A stretch of DNA of 64,000 nt from Chrysemys picta bellii. Lineage: Eukaryota. Position numbers and translations under genes: made by a program. The stretch's first letter is position 1. Every line of letters begins with the position of its first letter. The notes below the pieces were generated by a model. It saw nothing but the letters and a program-made list of their open reading frames with translations. It was not told where the DNA came from and made no database searches. The stretch lies in assembly GCF_011386835.1 (NCBI RefSeq), contig NC_088815.1, positions 10,478,001 to 10,542,000 on the forward strand. The letters run 5' to 3'. Below are positions 45,954 to 59,771 of this stretch, piece after piece.

Positions 45954-47152
45954 AACTAGAAGGATCTTTAAGGAGGTGCTGTAGTGTGGTTTGCAGATAC
46001 CAGAAGGAAGAGAACTGAAGACAACTATAAGAGAATTGATTGGGGGGTTAACATAATTTCCCCCCAACCCCATAAAGATTGCTTCATAAATTGGCCTTCA
46101 CAACAGTCCCTATTCAATTCACTCCTCCGCTCTGGCTGAATGCCCGTGCTCAGAGGCTCACGCTGGGTCTCCTGTCTGGGGAGATGGTTTTGCGGACGGT
46201 GGGACCAGACACCTGCTCCAGCTCCCTCTGGAGAAGTTCCCACTCCTTCTCCGGGAGGTGGTTGTCCTCCCGCCAGAAGAGACACTCGCTCACATCACTG
46301 CTCACGCCTTCCTCTGAGCATCAGAACATGAGGTGCCGTCCCCCATGATGCCTTGCTACGCTAGAGACTCCTGGGAACTGGAAGGATTACACACACACGG
46401 CAGCTTCCCGGCAGAGTCCAACCAGCAGTTGTGCCTTCTCGTCTCCCGCTGAGCTGGAGTCACTACCTATTTGCCCTGCAGGAAAGCAGAGGAGGCCAAC
46501 GACTGAATGAGCCACGGTGGTCGAACTCCCCTCTCATCCTTAAAGGTGACCCCGTAGGTCAGAGGGGCAGGACTTTGACTGGGCAGTGCTGGGGAAGGCT
46601 ACCCCGGGCCTGTGGATCAACAGGGAAGTTTGGTGTCCAGGACTCTCCATCCAGCACCTATTCCTAGGGCTAAATCCACATGAAAAAACCCCCTGACAAT
46701 AAAAACAAAACTGGGCCCAGCGTCCCAGCAAGAAGCAGCCCCTCCACCAGCACGAAGGGATGGAGAAAACAGCCCTTGAAGAAGCTACACGCCATCATAG
46801 GAGCCAATCCCCAGTCAGTGCTGGGCCCATCTCCCACAGAAAGGGGTAAAACTGACCCCTGAGAAAGGCCTGAGATGGCGCTTTGCAGGCAGCCTCGCAG
46901 GGACTCTGGCAGGACGCCGTGAGAAAGGCAGCTTCACAGATCTCTGAGCCGTGGCGGCATTAAGTGAGACCGTTCCCCTCACACGCTCCCAGCACCAGGC
47001 CGGCGCCTTTCCAAACACAGCATCAGGGAACATTCCACGTGTGTTTTACGAGCAGCAGCAGCCAACGTCCGCTGATTCGTCTCCTTGTGAACTGGCAACG
47101 CCAAGCACTGATATGTTACTGCCGGGCACGAACCTGGCCTGAGCCCTTCCCA

Positions 47153-50100
47153 TCACAGCAGGTTGATCTCGTCCAAATAGCCGACCAAGACCACATCCCT
47201 GACGTCCTTGAAAACCTTGCGGATGTTCTGCGTATCCGTGGCACAGGTGTAGTGGCGGTAGAGGCACCTGGATTTGGAGGCCATCATGGAGGGTCTCTGC
47301 CCTGCGTCGCAGTGGACAGCGGAGCATCGCTTGTAGGTGTCCACGTACATCTCCAGAATGAACTTCTTCGCCGCCTCCGCATCTCGCTTGGGTCCTGACG
47401 TGGAACAAGAACAGACCTCAGCAGGGCTTTGCCACTGAAAGCCAGGCCGGCTCTGTCACACCGGGCAGAACGGGAAGTCACGGTAGTGGCGATCACGGCA
47501 TTCTCTGCACGAGTGACTGTGGACGGGGCATTCCCCATTCGGTCTATGGCAACAAAACCTTGATTATTCATTTTAAGCCAGCGCCGGGCAACCCCAGGCA
47601 AAGAGCAGCATCGCATTGGGCTAGTTGCTGTGCCAATAAACACACAGCCTGTGCCCCCGAGAGCTTACAGAGCCGTCCCTGGTTGGGAACCCTCCCCCCC
47701 ACACACAGAGTTAGTGAGAGAGGTTTACGTGTTACCTGTGGGAGCCTAGGCTATTCTGGACCAGAGCAAGGGCAGAGAATACACACAGGGTCATTCCCCG
47801 CCCCGCCCTGCCCCGCCCCATTTCTCTGCATGCCAAGAAAGCAAGTAACCCAGTAACAAAGCAGAGAATGGCATGATGGTGCAGGGAGCATTCTCCGCGA
47901 TGGCTTGAGTGCGGGAGGAGCACTGGGGAGATGTTTGCTTGTGACTCTTTCCGTAACAGACAGCGGGGGCGATCTGCTCCAGAGCTGCTCTCTGCGGGCA
48001 CGGGCGCTGCTTCCGGAGAGCCCCCAAGCGTCGGTCTTCATGCAGCAGGGTTTGGCGGGAGTTACCTGGGAAGCTAGGGAAGTAGGCAGCCAGGTCCGAG
48101 TGGGTGATCTTGTCCTCCAGGAGGTCGGTTTTGTTGAGGAAGAGGATCACGGAGGCGCTCTGGAACCAGGGCAGTTCCAGGATGGTTCTGAACAGGGCCA
48201 GGCTCTCCCTCATCCGATTCTGCACCCGGGGGGTGGGAGACAAAGACAACACCCATCAGCCCCCCTTCCTCAGCCCCCTTCACTCCCAGAATGCCCGGTG
48301 TGAGTCAGAGAGGACTCAGACAAGGAACACAGCAGCCCAGATGCAGGGAGGGAGCCAGACATCTGAGCAGAGAGCGGAGCCCCTCCAGACCTGCTTGCTA
48401 GTGAGATATATACGCCCAGGTCTTGTGGCAGGGAAGGGCCTGGCTCATCTCCTTAGGGCTCCTTACCTCCTCGCTATTCTCCTCCAGGCACTGGTCGTAC
48501 TCGCTGAGGGAAGCCAGGTAGATCAGGGCAATAACGTTTTCGAAACAGTGTATCCACTTCTTGCGCTCCGACTTCTGCCCACCCACATCCACAATCCTAC
48601 AGGGAGCCGGGAGGACAGGGCCGTTAGCGGGTGGAGCTGCCTTTGAGAGGGATTTACTCCTAGTATGCAGCATTTCCAGGACTCCCTTTGCCCCCAGAAG
48701 GGTGCAGCACCAGCGGCAAGCAGCCAGCTGTGGGGTGGAGGATAGCAATTCCACAGCACCCAGCAACACCCGGGGTGGGATTCACCTGCCCGAAGCTGGA
48801 GGGGGGTAGGAGACATGACTGTGAGGAAGGCAGACTAGAGATACCTGCTGGGCTCTTTGTCCTGGGCTATCAGGTTCTGTTACCACCCAGCCTGATTGGA
48901 ACCAGGAGCTCCTAACCTAGCTGTCTACACGACACTCCACTCGCATGTAGAGGACGTGGCCTGTACTGAATCTGGGCAGAAACAGCAGCAAAGACAAGGT
49001 GGGGAATCCCATGCACTCCCACTGCTCTGCAGTAGCTTCACCTTAAGATCATCTCCTGCATGGAGAAGCAGTATTCACTGATGCCGGTCGTCGGCATGCG
49101 GCTCCTCAGGACATCCTGAGCTGTGGGGATGTAACTGTCCTCTGCGATACGCTCCAGGCTGGACAGAAAACTGCAAAACAGCCATGAAACGAGGAGGAAG
49201 TCAGTCCCTTTGGCACCTCATGCGAGAGGATCTCAAAGCGCTTTACAGAACACGCAGCCCTACAGTAAGCCAGTGATCGTGTCCCCGGTTCCGCAGATGG
49301 GAGGGGAAGCTAAGCCAGACGTGAAGAGAGGCAGTGCAGGGAAGAGAACGCCCAAGTCCTGACTCCCAGCCCTGTGCTCGAACCACACAACCGTTACCCC
49401 TTCCTATTAAGGCATAACCCGCTGGGCGGAGCTTGCGGCAGCCTGGAGCCATTTATCACTGATGGGCAAACCCCAGAGAACGTCAGTTCAGAGAAGACAC
49501 CTGGGAGGTTTCTGCATCTGGTTGGACTCAGGAGACTTACGATTCGTTGCTACTTCAGGCCATGGACCAAGCACAAAACCAAAAATGTGTTTAAATATTT
49601 AAAGGAAAATTTAAAATACCCATTCAAATATAATGGGGTTTATTGTGTGTATTACTGCAGCATCCAGAGCGCCCAGCAGACACTGAGATCCTGTTGTGCA
49701 AGGTGCTGTACATACACATCGTAAGAGGCAGCCTCTGCCCTGACTCTCTTACAGGCTAAAAGAGACAGGCTAGGTGGAAGAGGAGACAGGCACAGAGAGG
49801 GGAAGTAACTTGCTCAAGGTCATAGAGCAGGTCAGGCTGAGAATAACCCAGGTCACCGGACTCCCAGCTCAGTGCCCTCCGCAGCGGGTCACACCGCCTC
49901 TTCCAGCAAACCCCTTTTCGTCCCGGAAACCTCGACCGCTAGGCAAATTGAAACCCTGGGAAAGCTGTTTGACGTGCCACCCAGCAGGGGGCAGCCGTGG
50001 TCTCACGCGCCCGTTACAGCCTGCAGGGGTGACTCACTATGGGGCCGAGTCCAGTAAGTGATACTCCCGCCGTCTCTCGTAGCAGGTCCGGATCCCCGCG

Positions 50101-52627
50101 TCCCTCCATAGGCTTTCAATGGCGTTTGCGTACGGCCTGATCAAGGCCGCCACCTTCGAAGCGTTCACCCCCATGACCAGCTTGGCGTTTTCCTAGAAGC
50201 AGGAGAAATGGGGGTGGGGGTGGGGGGGTTACATAAAGAAGGAGCAGCTGCCTTCTTGGAAACTTCCTGAAGAAAATTCTCTCCCCTCCCTGCAAGGACA
50301 AATCCAAACAGCGCAGGCCTGGGGGTTATATGAAGAGAGGGAGCACGGCCTAGTGCACTGAGCATGAGACAAGGGGCTAGGACTCCTGGGTTCTAGTCAG
50401 GACCCTGCCTCTGATTCGCTGTCTAGCCCTAGCCACGTAACCTAGGGCTCGGTTTTCCATCCACACGCACAGCCCGCATTACTGTAGGATCTGAGCAACT
50501 CCCCATCCTTAATGCATGTATCCTCACCGGCCCCCTGGGCGGGAGGGCAGTGCTACTATTCCCATTTCACAAAAGGGAAACTGAGGCACGGGTTTCAGAG
50601 TAGCAGCCATGTTAGTCTGTATCCGCAAAAAGAAAGCTTATGCTCTAATAAATTTGTTAGTCTCTAAGGTGCCACAAGTACTCCTGTTCTTTTTGAGGCA
50701 CGGGGCGGCCTGCTCCGGGTCACACAGGAAGTAGGAAAATTCTTTACTAGTCTCCTCAGCCTTGGGGGGGGAGGGGAGCATGCACCTCTTTTCCCTGGAC
50801 AAGGAGCCATTGGCTCCTGCCGTGGAGCGAACAGGGGCCGCTCGCTCAACCTCCAGCTCTTGACAGACCAGCTCTGGAATACGCTGGCCTGTTGCGACAC
50901 CTCCCTTTGCTTTGCACCGACGGCCCTTGGCTCTCCTGTGCGGACTGGCGGGGCTCCTCCTTGGACAAAGAGGGGGGTGTTGCTGCATTCTAGTAGGCTC
51001 CAGCCTTCCAGGCAGGTGGGGCTCAGATCCTCAGCTGGTGTCAACCAGCACCGCTCCATTATCTGCAATGGTGCTATGTCGGTTTATACCCAGGGAGCGC
51101 GTCTGGCTCGGGGCATCCCGCTGCCTCCACTCCCCATCCGGGGCAACTGCCGGCAGGGGTCTCCCTGTCTGGCCCGCCCGCCCTCTGAACTTACCACATT
51201 CTCTGGCTGGGCATAAGGGATCTGCAAAGTCTCCATGGCTCCGATCATGGCCTGCATGGAGGCGAAGACGTTCTGATACACCAGCGTGGCAAAGCCTTTG
51301 CGATCCTCTTCTGAATAGCCCGCCCCGTGGATTATCCGCAGCTGTTTGATGAACGTGCTCTTCCCGCTTTCCCCAGCGCCTGTTGGCCTCAGACAGGAGA
51401 GAGACCTTAGACTTCCTCGGGGAGATGGGGTCATGAACCTAGTGGGGAACCTGAGGCTCGTCCACCATCGAGAGTCAAGGGGCAGGTATTTCATAGCCCA
51501 CAGACTGTTTGACCATAGGAGGTTGCGACAGGAAATGGACAAGGATTGCAGGGCTTCTGAAGCCTGAGCTCTCCTGCCAGCCCTGGAGACGCCTGGAGAC
51601 TTCAGATTCTGGGACTGTCGGGCCAATTCTTCCTTTCTCCGGCACTGAAGGGCACACCAGCGGGGAATGCCAGCCAGCTCTGTCCTATTACACAAGGGAT
51701 CTGAGACCAAGGCTGGTTCCATAGGCTGGAAGGGGCCTCCTGGCCACCAGTCCAGTCCCCTGCTAATCCCAGGTCACCCCATCATAGAATCTCATTCATA
51801 GACTCATCAAGCTCCGTCTTCAAGCTAGTTCGGTTGTTTGCCCCCATTACTCCCCTCGGGAGGCTGTTCTAGAAGCTTCCTCCCCCGATGGTTAGAAACC
51901 TCCTTCTCATCTCCAGACTATGTTGATTCATGGCCAGTTTACCCCATTTGTCCTTTGGCTAATATTCTCCTTTAGCTTAAATACCTCCCTGGCTTTTACA
52001 CACACACACCCCTGCCCCCTGATGTATTTAGGGAGAGCAATCCAATCCCCGCTCAGCCTTTGTTTTGCTGGTTAAACAAGCCAAGCTCTCTTAATCTCCT
52101 CTCATAAAACAGGCCGTCCAGTCCCCTGACCATCCTGGTAGCCCTTCTCTGAACCTGTTCCAGTTTGAAATCCTCTTTCTTGAACAGCAGGGACTGGTGA
52201 AGGCCGTATGCTCCTCTTGGAGCAAGCCCGGTAATCATCTGCAACAATTCTCCCATATGACAGCAAAAGCAGTTTCTGCAATGCAGGCCTGACGAGGGTT
52301 GGAGAGCAGGAGTGAAGGAAACCTTTGGACAACAGAGATTTGGGGGAGACCCATCTTCCTTCCTCCCCTTTGGCTAAAATGCATAAATCCCTCATTATGG
52401 CTCTGCTCCCCTCCCCCACGTTCTCCACCAAACGGTCATCCAGTGTAAACAAAGCTGTGTGGGCCACAGAGTAACTCACCTAGTAGAAGTAACTTCAGCT
52501 CCATCCTGTCTCGCTTTTTCTGGTCTCTTAGTATTTTGTTGATTTCTTTATCTAACACAACAGCAGCTTTATCTTCTTCCGACAGGAAATAGGGGCACTT
52601 CCGACAACAGCAGAAGCACCAAGCCAT
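47153..52627 (-). CDS. GNA15: G protein alpha-15 (Gq family, G15/G16), 380 aa. Exons 52627-52480, 51379-51195, 50192-50038, 49170-49042, 48596-48467, 48219-48066, 47394-47153
   Basis: [44 protein letters not shown] and C-terminal YLDEINLL; internal exon sizes 185/155/129/130/154 typical of Gq family; all introns GT-AG; adjacent to S1PR4 as in human. Confidence 0.95.
50593..50693. mobile_element. Penelope-like short inverted insertion inside a CORE SINE
   Basis: 11-bp TSD TGAGGCACGGG (50582-50592, 50694-50704). Confidence 0.75.
51780..52180 (-). mobile_element. CR1 fragment in GNA15 intron 1
   Basis: [16 protein letters not shown] remnant and ATCATAGAAT tail. Confidence 0.75.
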
Positions 52628-55600
52628 GGTGTGGGAAAGATCAGATCCCCGATGGGGAAAGCAGAGAGAAACGCCACAGTTTATAGCACAGAGGGGTGAC
52701 TGGACACTGCCTCCCAATAGGGAGCAAGGCAGACTGTACCCACCGCAGTGCCCTCTTAAATTGGGCTTGGGAATGCTTGGTGAGCACTTAATCACACATG
52801 CTCCAACGTCCGTGGCTGTGGTCTCTGCCACTCAGTTGCTCGGAGAACTGCGGTAGCAAAGGTTTCTGGTGCGGGGATTACTCATCCCCGGACATTAATT
52901 CAATTCATGCACGCCTCTTTTCCTGCCTTTTCAGGCAAAGATCCATCTCTATACCTCTCCCTCCCCCACCCCCCGCAGAAAATCAGAACGTTCTACAGCT
53001 CTCCAAAGTTACTGGTGATGAAGGGAAATCAGAACCTCTCGGCGTAGCAGGTGTTTCAAATTTCATAAGAAAAACAAATGAAACCAGAAAGGACGGGGTG
53101 AGGGTGGGGGTGGAATCTCTCTTCCAAGAAGCGTTCAAATGATCTTGATTTAAAATTCCCCCAGGATGACGATTAAAATATCCTTCTCAAAGCAAAATTC
53201 TGCCTCTCTGAAACATGCCTTGGCTTGTCCTTCCTTAGACAAATCCAGTTTCCAAGACAGAGATATTTAGGTTGCCTCTTGCTTAAACCGTAAGGGAGCT
53301 CTCTGTGTCAGGAACAGTGATGAATAAGAAACCCTTTCATTCTGAGAAACGCACCAGCTACCCCACCCTCCTTCTCAGGCCTGGGCAACAGGTCTGGACT
53401 AACACAGAGAAGTACTGAAACTCCCACTCCCTGCTCACATAAGACAGCTTGATGGGGGAAAAAATCCCCTATGCACAAACAGCTCTCTCCTTCCTCAATG
53501 TACATCACAGATCCTCTGGCCAAGGAGGGGAGCGGAACGGAATCTCAGACATCTAAAGTGTTGAGTTCTTCAAACTACAGGCCACCACGCCCATGCGGTG
53601 AGCATTCTCTTCTGCATTGTGTCAACTGTCTTTCAATTTCTACCGCACGTTCCATCCCAGCTCATTGGCTGATAGAGCATGAACATTTTGCAGAAAGATC
53701 ATTCTTTGCATTGCACAGCACCTTGCACCCAAGGATCTCAGTGTGCTGCAGAAACATCATCAACTGAAGCCTCTCAACTGCTCTGTTTGAAATGATCGAG
53801 GTTAAGTGACTTCCCCATGAATCTCACAGGAAGTCCATGACAGAATCAGCAACAGAACTAGGAATCCAGTCACTGTCCCTAGGCACTTGGGGCTAATTGT
53901 GTTAGCTGAGAACTATCTGACTCTGCGAGTATCCCTAATAGACTCAATGGGACTCGGGACAGAGTAAGGTACCACTTGATTTGAGTAAGAATGGTACCAG
54001 CAGCCCATAAACCAGCCATCCCTTGGCTTCTACTAGCAGCGAGAGTCCATGAAATCAGTGGTGATGATTCATGCACGCCTGGGCAGGGCAAGGCTAGCTT
54101 GGGTTCTGCTTGTTCACAATGGAAGTGAAACACACTCAGTGGGGAATTAAATGAGAAGCGAGTCAAGAAACTGTGTCAAAAACTTGAAATGAAAAAATAC
54201 AAATGCAAGAGTCTTGAAGTTACACGTTCAGATAATAAGCGTGGGAACTTCCTGCCAGTAAATGGGGCTGGTTTGACGGGTCTGTCCTCTACATAACCCC
54301 AAGACAAGCACTGGCAGTCAGAGGGGAAGCTTTCAATCCCCCCTTGTGCACCAGTGAGGTTCTTCAGCACTGAACCAGAGAAGTGAGAAGGAGATTAAGT
54401 CTGCATGAACCCATTAGCCAACAGCTGCTCCAGCACAAGAGTGAACATTCAGTGCCGATAGTCTGCAGGCGGTTTGTAACGAGGGCACCTGTCCTCTTGG
54501 ACTCGACATGAACAGAACCAGGGTTCTATTTTTCCAGGTGCACAACTAAGCATCCTGGATTTGCCGAGAACTGGAGAGAAGATCCATTACGAAAGTCTGT
54601 CCTATTTCCAATGCCAGTGGAAATAATTTTTTTTTAAAAAGGGAAGAAATCAGACCCATCCTGGGATGCTCCGTTGAAGGACTTTGTCATCATGAGATCT
54701 CCAGGCCAAAATTTTGGCGAAGATTCGAACAAGCATCCACAAGAGTGTTTCTCTTATTCAGCCCCGATCACAATTAACTCTGCACCGCATCAGCCTATAA
54801 CTGACAGTTGCAGTGATCCGTGAGAAAAACCACCACCCCCGAAGGAAAGGATTAAAGTTTGGGCCTTCAGGGATGCCACAAATCTGACAGGATGTCTGGA
54901 CTGCTGATGCATGAAGCGTGATTCATGCCCAAGGAATGAGGATGGGCCCGTGGCAGAGGAGGCAGCCAGACAGGTGAGGAAACAAGGGGATGGCTACACT
55001 ACGATGCTACAACCGTACGGTTGTAGCACTGCCAGGTGGAGGCTTCCTGCAGGGGTGGTACATCCCATCCGTCTGTGTAAGAGGTGGTAGCTGGGTCAGT
55101 GGAAAAATGTATCTGTTAAAGTAGCAGTGGCTGGGGAGGGGACACAGGTGGATGGGAGGTGTTAGGTTGACCTAAATACATTGCACAGGGTGCAAAAAAT
55201 GTTCACAGCCCTGAGTGATGTAGCTAGATCGACCTGAATTGTAGGCACAGAACAGAGTACAAGGGGTCTTTGTAGCAATGAAAGGATGACCATAAGAACC
55301 GTCCCACTCTTGGCCCTTGGGTTTTGTAGCTTATTAATTCTTGAATTTTACTACACACGTGTTCTGTCAGCAGCGTGTAGAGAGAGGAGACGGTCAAATT
55401 TACAACAGAGAAAATCCAACACAAGTAGATTGTTAGAAAACACTAGAATTAGGGAAGGGCAGTTACAGAAAAAGGGACCAGATTTACAAAGAAGCAGAAA
55501 AAGACCACAAGGCTCTAAGGGAGTTGGGTGTCTAAATACCTTTGTAAATCTGACCCATGGCTTCAACCAGCTTCCATTCTAAATCCCCATTTTAACCCCG

Positions 55601-55902
55601 CTCTGTTATTTTGGGTTTGGAAAATTCACTTGATCTGAAAGTTGCCAGATTACAGACAAAAATAAACAAACGTTCTCCGTTGTCTTCTGAGTTAAAGTTT
55701 TGAAGAGTATTTGTCAATTGACTTTGTCAAGTTACAAGGTGATAAAAATGAGTCCGATCTGAAATTTTACTTTCGTCTAATGTTCATCTCCCCATTGCGT
55801 AAGAACAGCCTTTATGATCCCAGGACTGTATGCACGCAGAAAGGAAACGTAATCCCTGCCTCAAGACGTTTACCATCTGAAGTAATTTCAAGCTTTTCAC
55901 AT

Positions 55903-56109
55903 AAACAACAAGGAGTCCGGTGGTACCTTAAAGACTAACAGATTTATTTGGGCATAAGCTTTCGTGGGTAAAAAACCTCACTTCTTCAGTTGCAGAAGTG
56001 AGGTTTTTTACCCACAAAAGCTTATGCCTAAATAAATCTGTTAGTCTTTAAAGGCACCACCGGACTCCTTGTTGTTTTTGTGGATACAGACTAACACGGC
56101 TATCCCCTG
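55903..56109. mobile_element. Penelope-like insertion forming an ~85-bp-arm inverted repeat
   Basis: Arms 55903-55985 and about 55994-56078; 13-bp TSD AAGCTTTTCACAT (55890-55902, 56110-56122). Confidence 0.85.
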
Positions 56110-57254
56110 AAGCTTTTCACATGTTTCAAACTCCTTAAAGAGCCTTGTGAGCCGGCCTGATTGGAGGAAAATAGGCTGTAATCAAAGTTATTGGCGGTTT
56201 TTGTTGTGGACAGTGCTGGGACCAATTCCACTTTCACGGACTTCAACTGGGACATTTTTTTGACATTGGCTTCAATTGGGCTGGAGAGTTGGTGAGCACG
56301 TGCTGCCCTCTTTTGGCCAGTAGCAGCTTATGTTCTTCCAACCGGTCTTTCTAAAACAGACTGTTAAATTAGTACGTGTATCTAAAGCGCTTTCCTAACG
56401 AAGGCTGAATTAGCAACATACTAAGGGGAACAAGTGAGCTGCTCAGTTGAGACAGGCACTCCCGTTTGTTAAGGTTTCTTTAAAACCTTTCATCGCAGTT
56501 CTTGACTGAGAAAACCGGAGTTAAACCCAGATTTCTAAACTGGCTGTTAAGAGGTATTAAGCCAGCTCAGATAGATTGGAAGCTCTTGGGTAGCAATCGC
56601 CTTGTTGTTTTCTGTTTACATGGCATCTAGCACAATTAGGTCTTAGTCCAGAATGGGGGCTCCTAAGCGTTCCCACAATACAAATAATTTCTAGCCAGGC
56701 TGTTTGTAAACTGCAACTTGTTCTGCTGAAAACTTCCGTCTCCTCCTGTCTCTCTGACCTCACATGAGTAGCCTCACTGAGGTTAACAGGACCATTTACA
56801 TGGATAGAGGTTTCCAGGATTAGGTCACAGCCTTGTGTTATTTTCTTCCTTGGAAAGTCACTTGGTGCGGAAGATGGTGTAGCATGAACTGTTTGAAGGC
56901 AGCAAATGCATGAGACACGGTACAGGTCTCCATGAGCCAGCTACTGTTTGGAGGCGTAAACTCTTCAGGGCAAGGAATGTGACTTCCTGCTAACTGTGGT
57001 AGATAACTTAAGTGAGACCATGCCAAAGGGATTCCATAGAAGAAAAATTGAACAATTTTTAAAATGTTAATGTTAGTGGGGTATTGAGCACAGAAGTTCT
57101 CCCCACCCCAGAAACCCTCCATTTTCACTTTGCAGTTCTGTTAAGAAGGGTTCCTCTGGCTTTCATAAAATACAGTGAAATGGCCCTTTCAAAGTAACAC
57201 ACAGAGGGGAGGGAGGGAGGGTTGGAACACGTTGCTTCTGTTAATAGTAGTAAT

Positions 57255-58945
57255 TGGGGCTGTCAAGCAATTAAAAAAATGATCGCCATTAATTGCACTG
57301 TTAAACAATAATAGAATACCTTTACGTTTTTCACATATATTGATTTTAGTTACAATACAATGCTCACTTTATATTTCTTTTTTATTTCAAATATTTGTGC
57401 TGTAAAAACAAAAGCAAGAGTATTTTTCAATTCATCTCATACAAGTTCTGTAATGCAATCTCTTTATCATGAAAGTTGAACTTACAAATGTAGAATTGCG
57501 TAAAAAAACTGCATTAAAAACTAAAACAATATAAAACTTTAGAGCCTACAAGTCCACTCAGTCTTACTTCTTGTTCAGCCAATTGCTTGAACAAGTTAGT
57601 TTACATTTGTAGGAGATAATGCTGCCTGCTTCTTGTTTACAATGCCATCTGAAAGGGAGAACAGGCATTCGTGTGGCACTGTTGTAGCTGACGTCGTAAG
57701 ATATTTACATGCCAGATATGCTAAAGATTCATATGTCCCTTCATGCTTCAACCACCATTCCAGAGGACATGCGTTCATGCTGATAATGGGTTCTGCTCAA
57801 TAACAATCCAAAGCAGGGCGGACCAATGCATGTTTATTTTCACTATTGTATCTGAGTCAGATGTCACCAGCAGAAGGTTGATTTTCTTTTTTGGTGGTTC
57901 GGGTTCTGTAGTTTCTACATCGGAGCGTTGCTCTTTTAAGACTGCTGAAAGCATGCTCCACACCTCGTCCCTCTCACATTTTGGACGGCACTTCAGATTC
58001 TAAAACCTTGGGTCGAGTGCTGTAGCTATCCTTAGAAATCTCACATTGGTACCTTCTTTGCATGTTGTCAAATCTGCAGTGGAAGTGTTCTTAAAACAAA
58101 CAACGTGCTGGGTCACCATCCGAGACTGCTATAATGTGAAATACACGGCAAAATGCGGGTAAAAGAGCAGGAGACATATTATTCTCCCCCAAAGGAGTTC
58201 AGTCAAAATTTAATTAATGCATTTTTTTTTTTTTTTTTAAACAAGCACCATCAACATGGAAGCACAACCTCTGGAATGGTGGCAGAAGCATGAAGGGGCA
58301 TATGAATGTTTAGCACATCTGGCATATAAATACCTTGTAACGCCGGCTACAAAAGTGCCATCTGAACACCTGCTCTCATTTTCAGATGACATTGTAGCCG
58401 GCAGCATTATCTCCCATAAATGTAAACAAACTTGTTTGTCTTAGCAATTGGCTGAACAAGAAGTAGGACTGAGTGGACTTGTAGGCTCTAAAGTTTTCCA
58501 TTGTTTTGTTTATGAGTGCAGTTATGTAACAAAAAAAGTCTACATTTGTAAGTTTCACTTTCATGATAAAGAACTTGCACTTCAGTACTTGTATGAGGTG
58601 AATTGAAAAAATACTATTTATCATTTTTACAGTGCAAATTTTTGTATAATAAAAATATCAAGTGAGCACTGCACAGTTTGTATTCGGTGCTGTAATTGAA
58701 ATCAATCTATCTGAAAATGTAGAAAAACATCCAAAATATTTAATAAATTTCAGTGGGTATTCCATTGTTGAAGAGGGCAATTAAAACTGATTAATCACAA
58801 TGAATTTTTTTTTTTGAATATCAGAGGGGTAGCCGTGTTCGTCTGGGTCTGTAAAAAGCGACAGAGTCTATAAGGTACCACAGGACTCTTTGTTGAATTT
58901 TTTTGAGTTAATCGCGTGAGTTTACTGCGCTTAAATCAACGTCAT
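57255..58945. mobile_element. Degenerate hAT transposon with long inverted arms, each carrying a transposase C-terminal dimerisation-domain remnant; small Penelope-like insert at about 58820-58893
   Basis: PLEWW.KH...LA.LA.KYL..AT remnants at 57596-57778 (-) and 58256-58444 (+); ALDPRF at 58003-58020 (-). Confidence 0.8.
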
Positions 58946-59386
58946 CACGGCACCCAGGAATTCCACTCAATAACCAGGATCCCATTGCACTAGGCACTGT
59001 ACTAAGAACAGTTGCTGCCCCAAAGAACACTTTTGTCTAACTTTGTTCATTGGAAGAAATATTCCATCACCATGTTTTAAAGGCCTTTCTCCGCCTGTGA
59101 CCAATTGCCTTAAGTGCAAGAGATCAGTACGGGTCTTCAAAAGCCTACTGTTCCACGTACCCATGATCTTGATGCATCATTCTTGATAGCAGGAATTTGG
59201 TGAGATGTTACATTGCTAATCAGCAGAGATACCAGACCTGGTGAAGCATCCTGGATTGGATTCCACTCTGAAGAGCAGGCTTCACAGTAAGCCTCTCCAA
59301 AATAAACTTCCGTTCCTAGCTACGCCAGCCAGGAAGCCATGGTAACCCCATTCTATGGAATGTTTAAAGCAATCCTCTTGCTAGAG

Positions 59387-59771
59387 CAGAGGTGGGCAAA
59401 CTACGGCCATTCTGCCTGGCCCCGGAGCTCCTGGCCCGGGAGGCTTGCCCCCGGCCTCTCCCCCTTCCCCGCAGCCTCAGCTCACTGCGCCGCAGGCTCA
59501 ACGCTCTGGGCAGCGAGCTCCTGGGGTAGTGCAGCTGTAGAGCCCGGCCTGACCCGGTCTCTGTGCTGCGCGATGCGGGGCTGGCTGCAGCCGGGCAGCG
59601 CAGTTGCCTGTCCTGGTGCAGCCACGCCACCAGCCACTGGTGCTCCAGGCAGCACGGTGGCGGCCGGGCCACACCTGACTGTTTAGGGAGGCACAGCCTC
59701 CCCTAACCAGCCCTCCATACAATTTCTGAAACCCAATGTGGCCCTCAGGCCAAAAAGTTTGCCCGCCCCTA
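59387..59771. mobile_element. hAT MITE
   Basis: TIRs CAGAGGTGGGCAAACT / AGTTTGCCCGCCCCTA; 8-bp TSD TGCTAGAG (59379-59386, 59772-59779). Confidence 0.85.
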
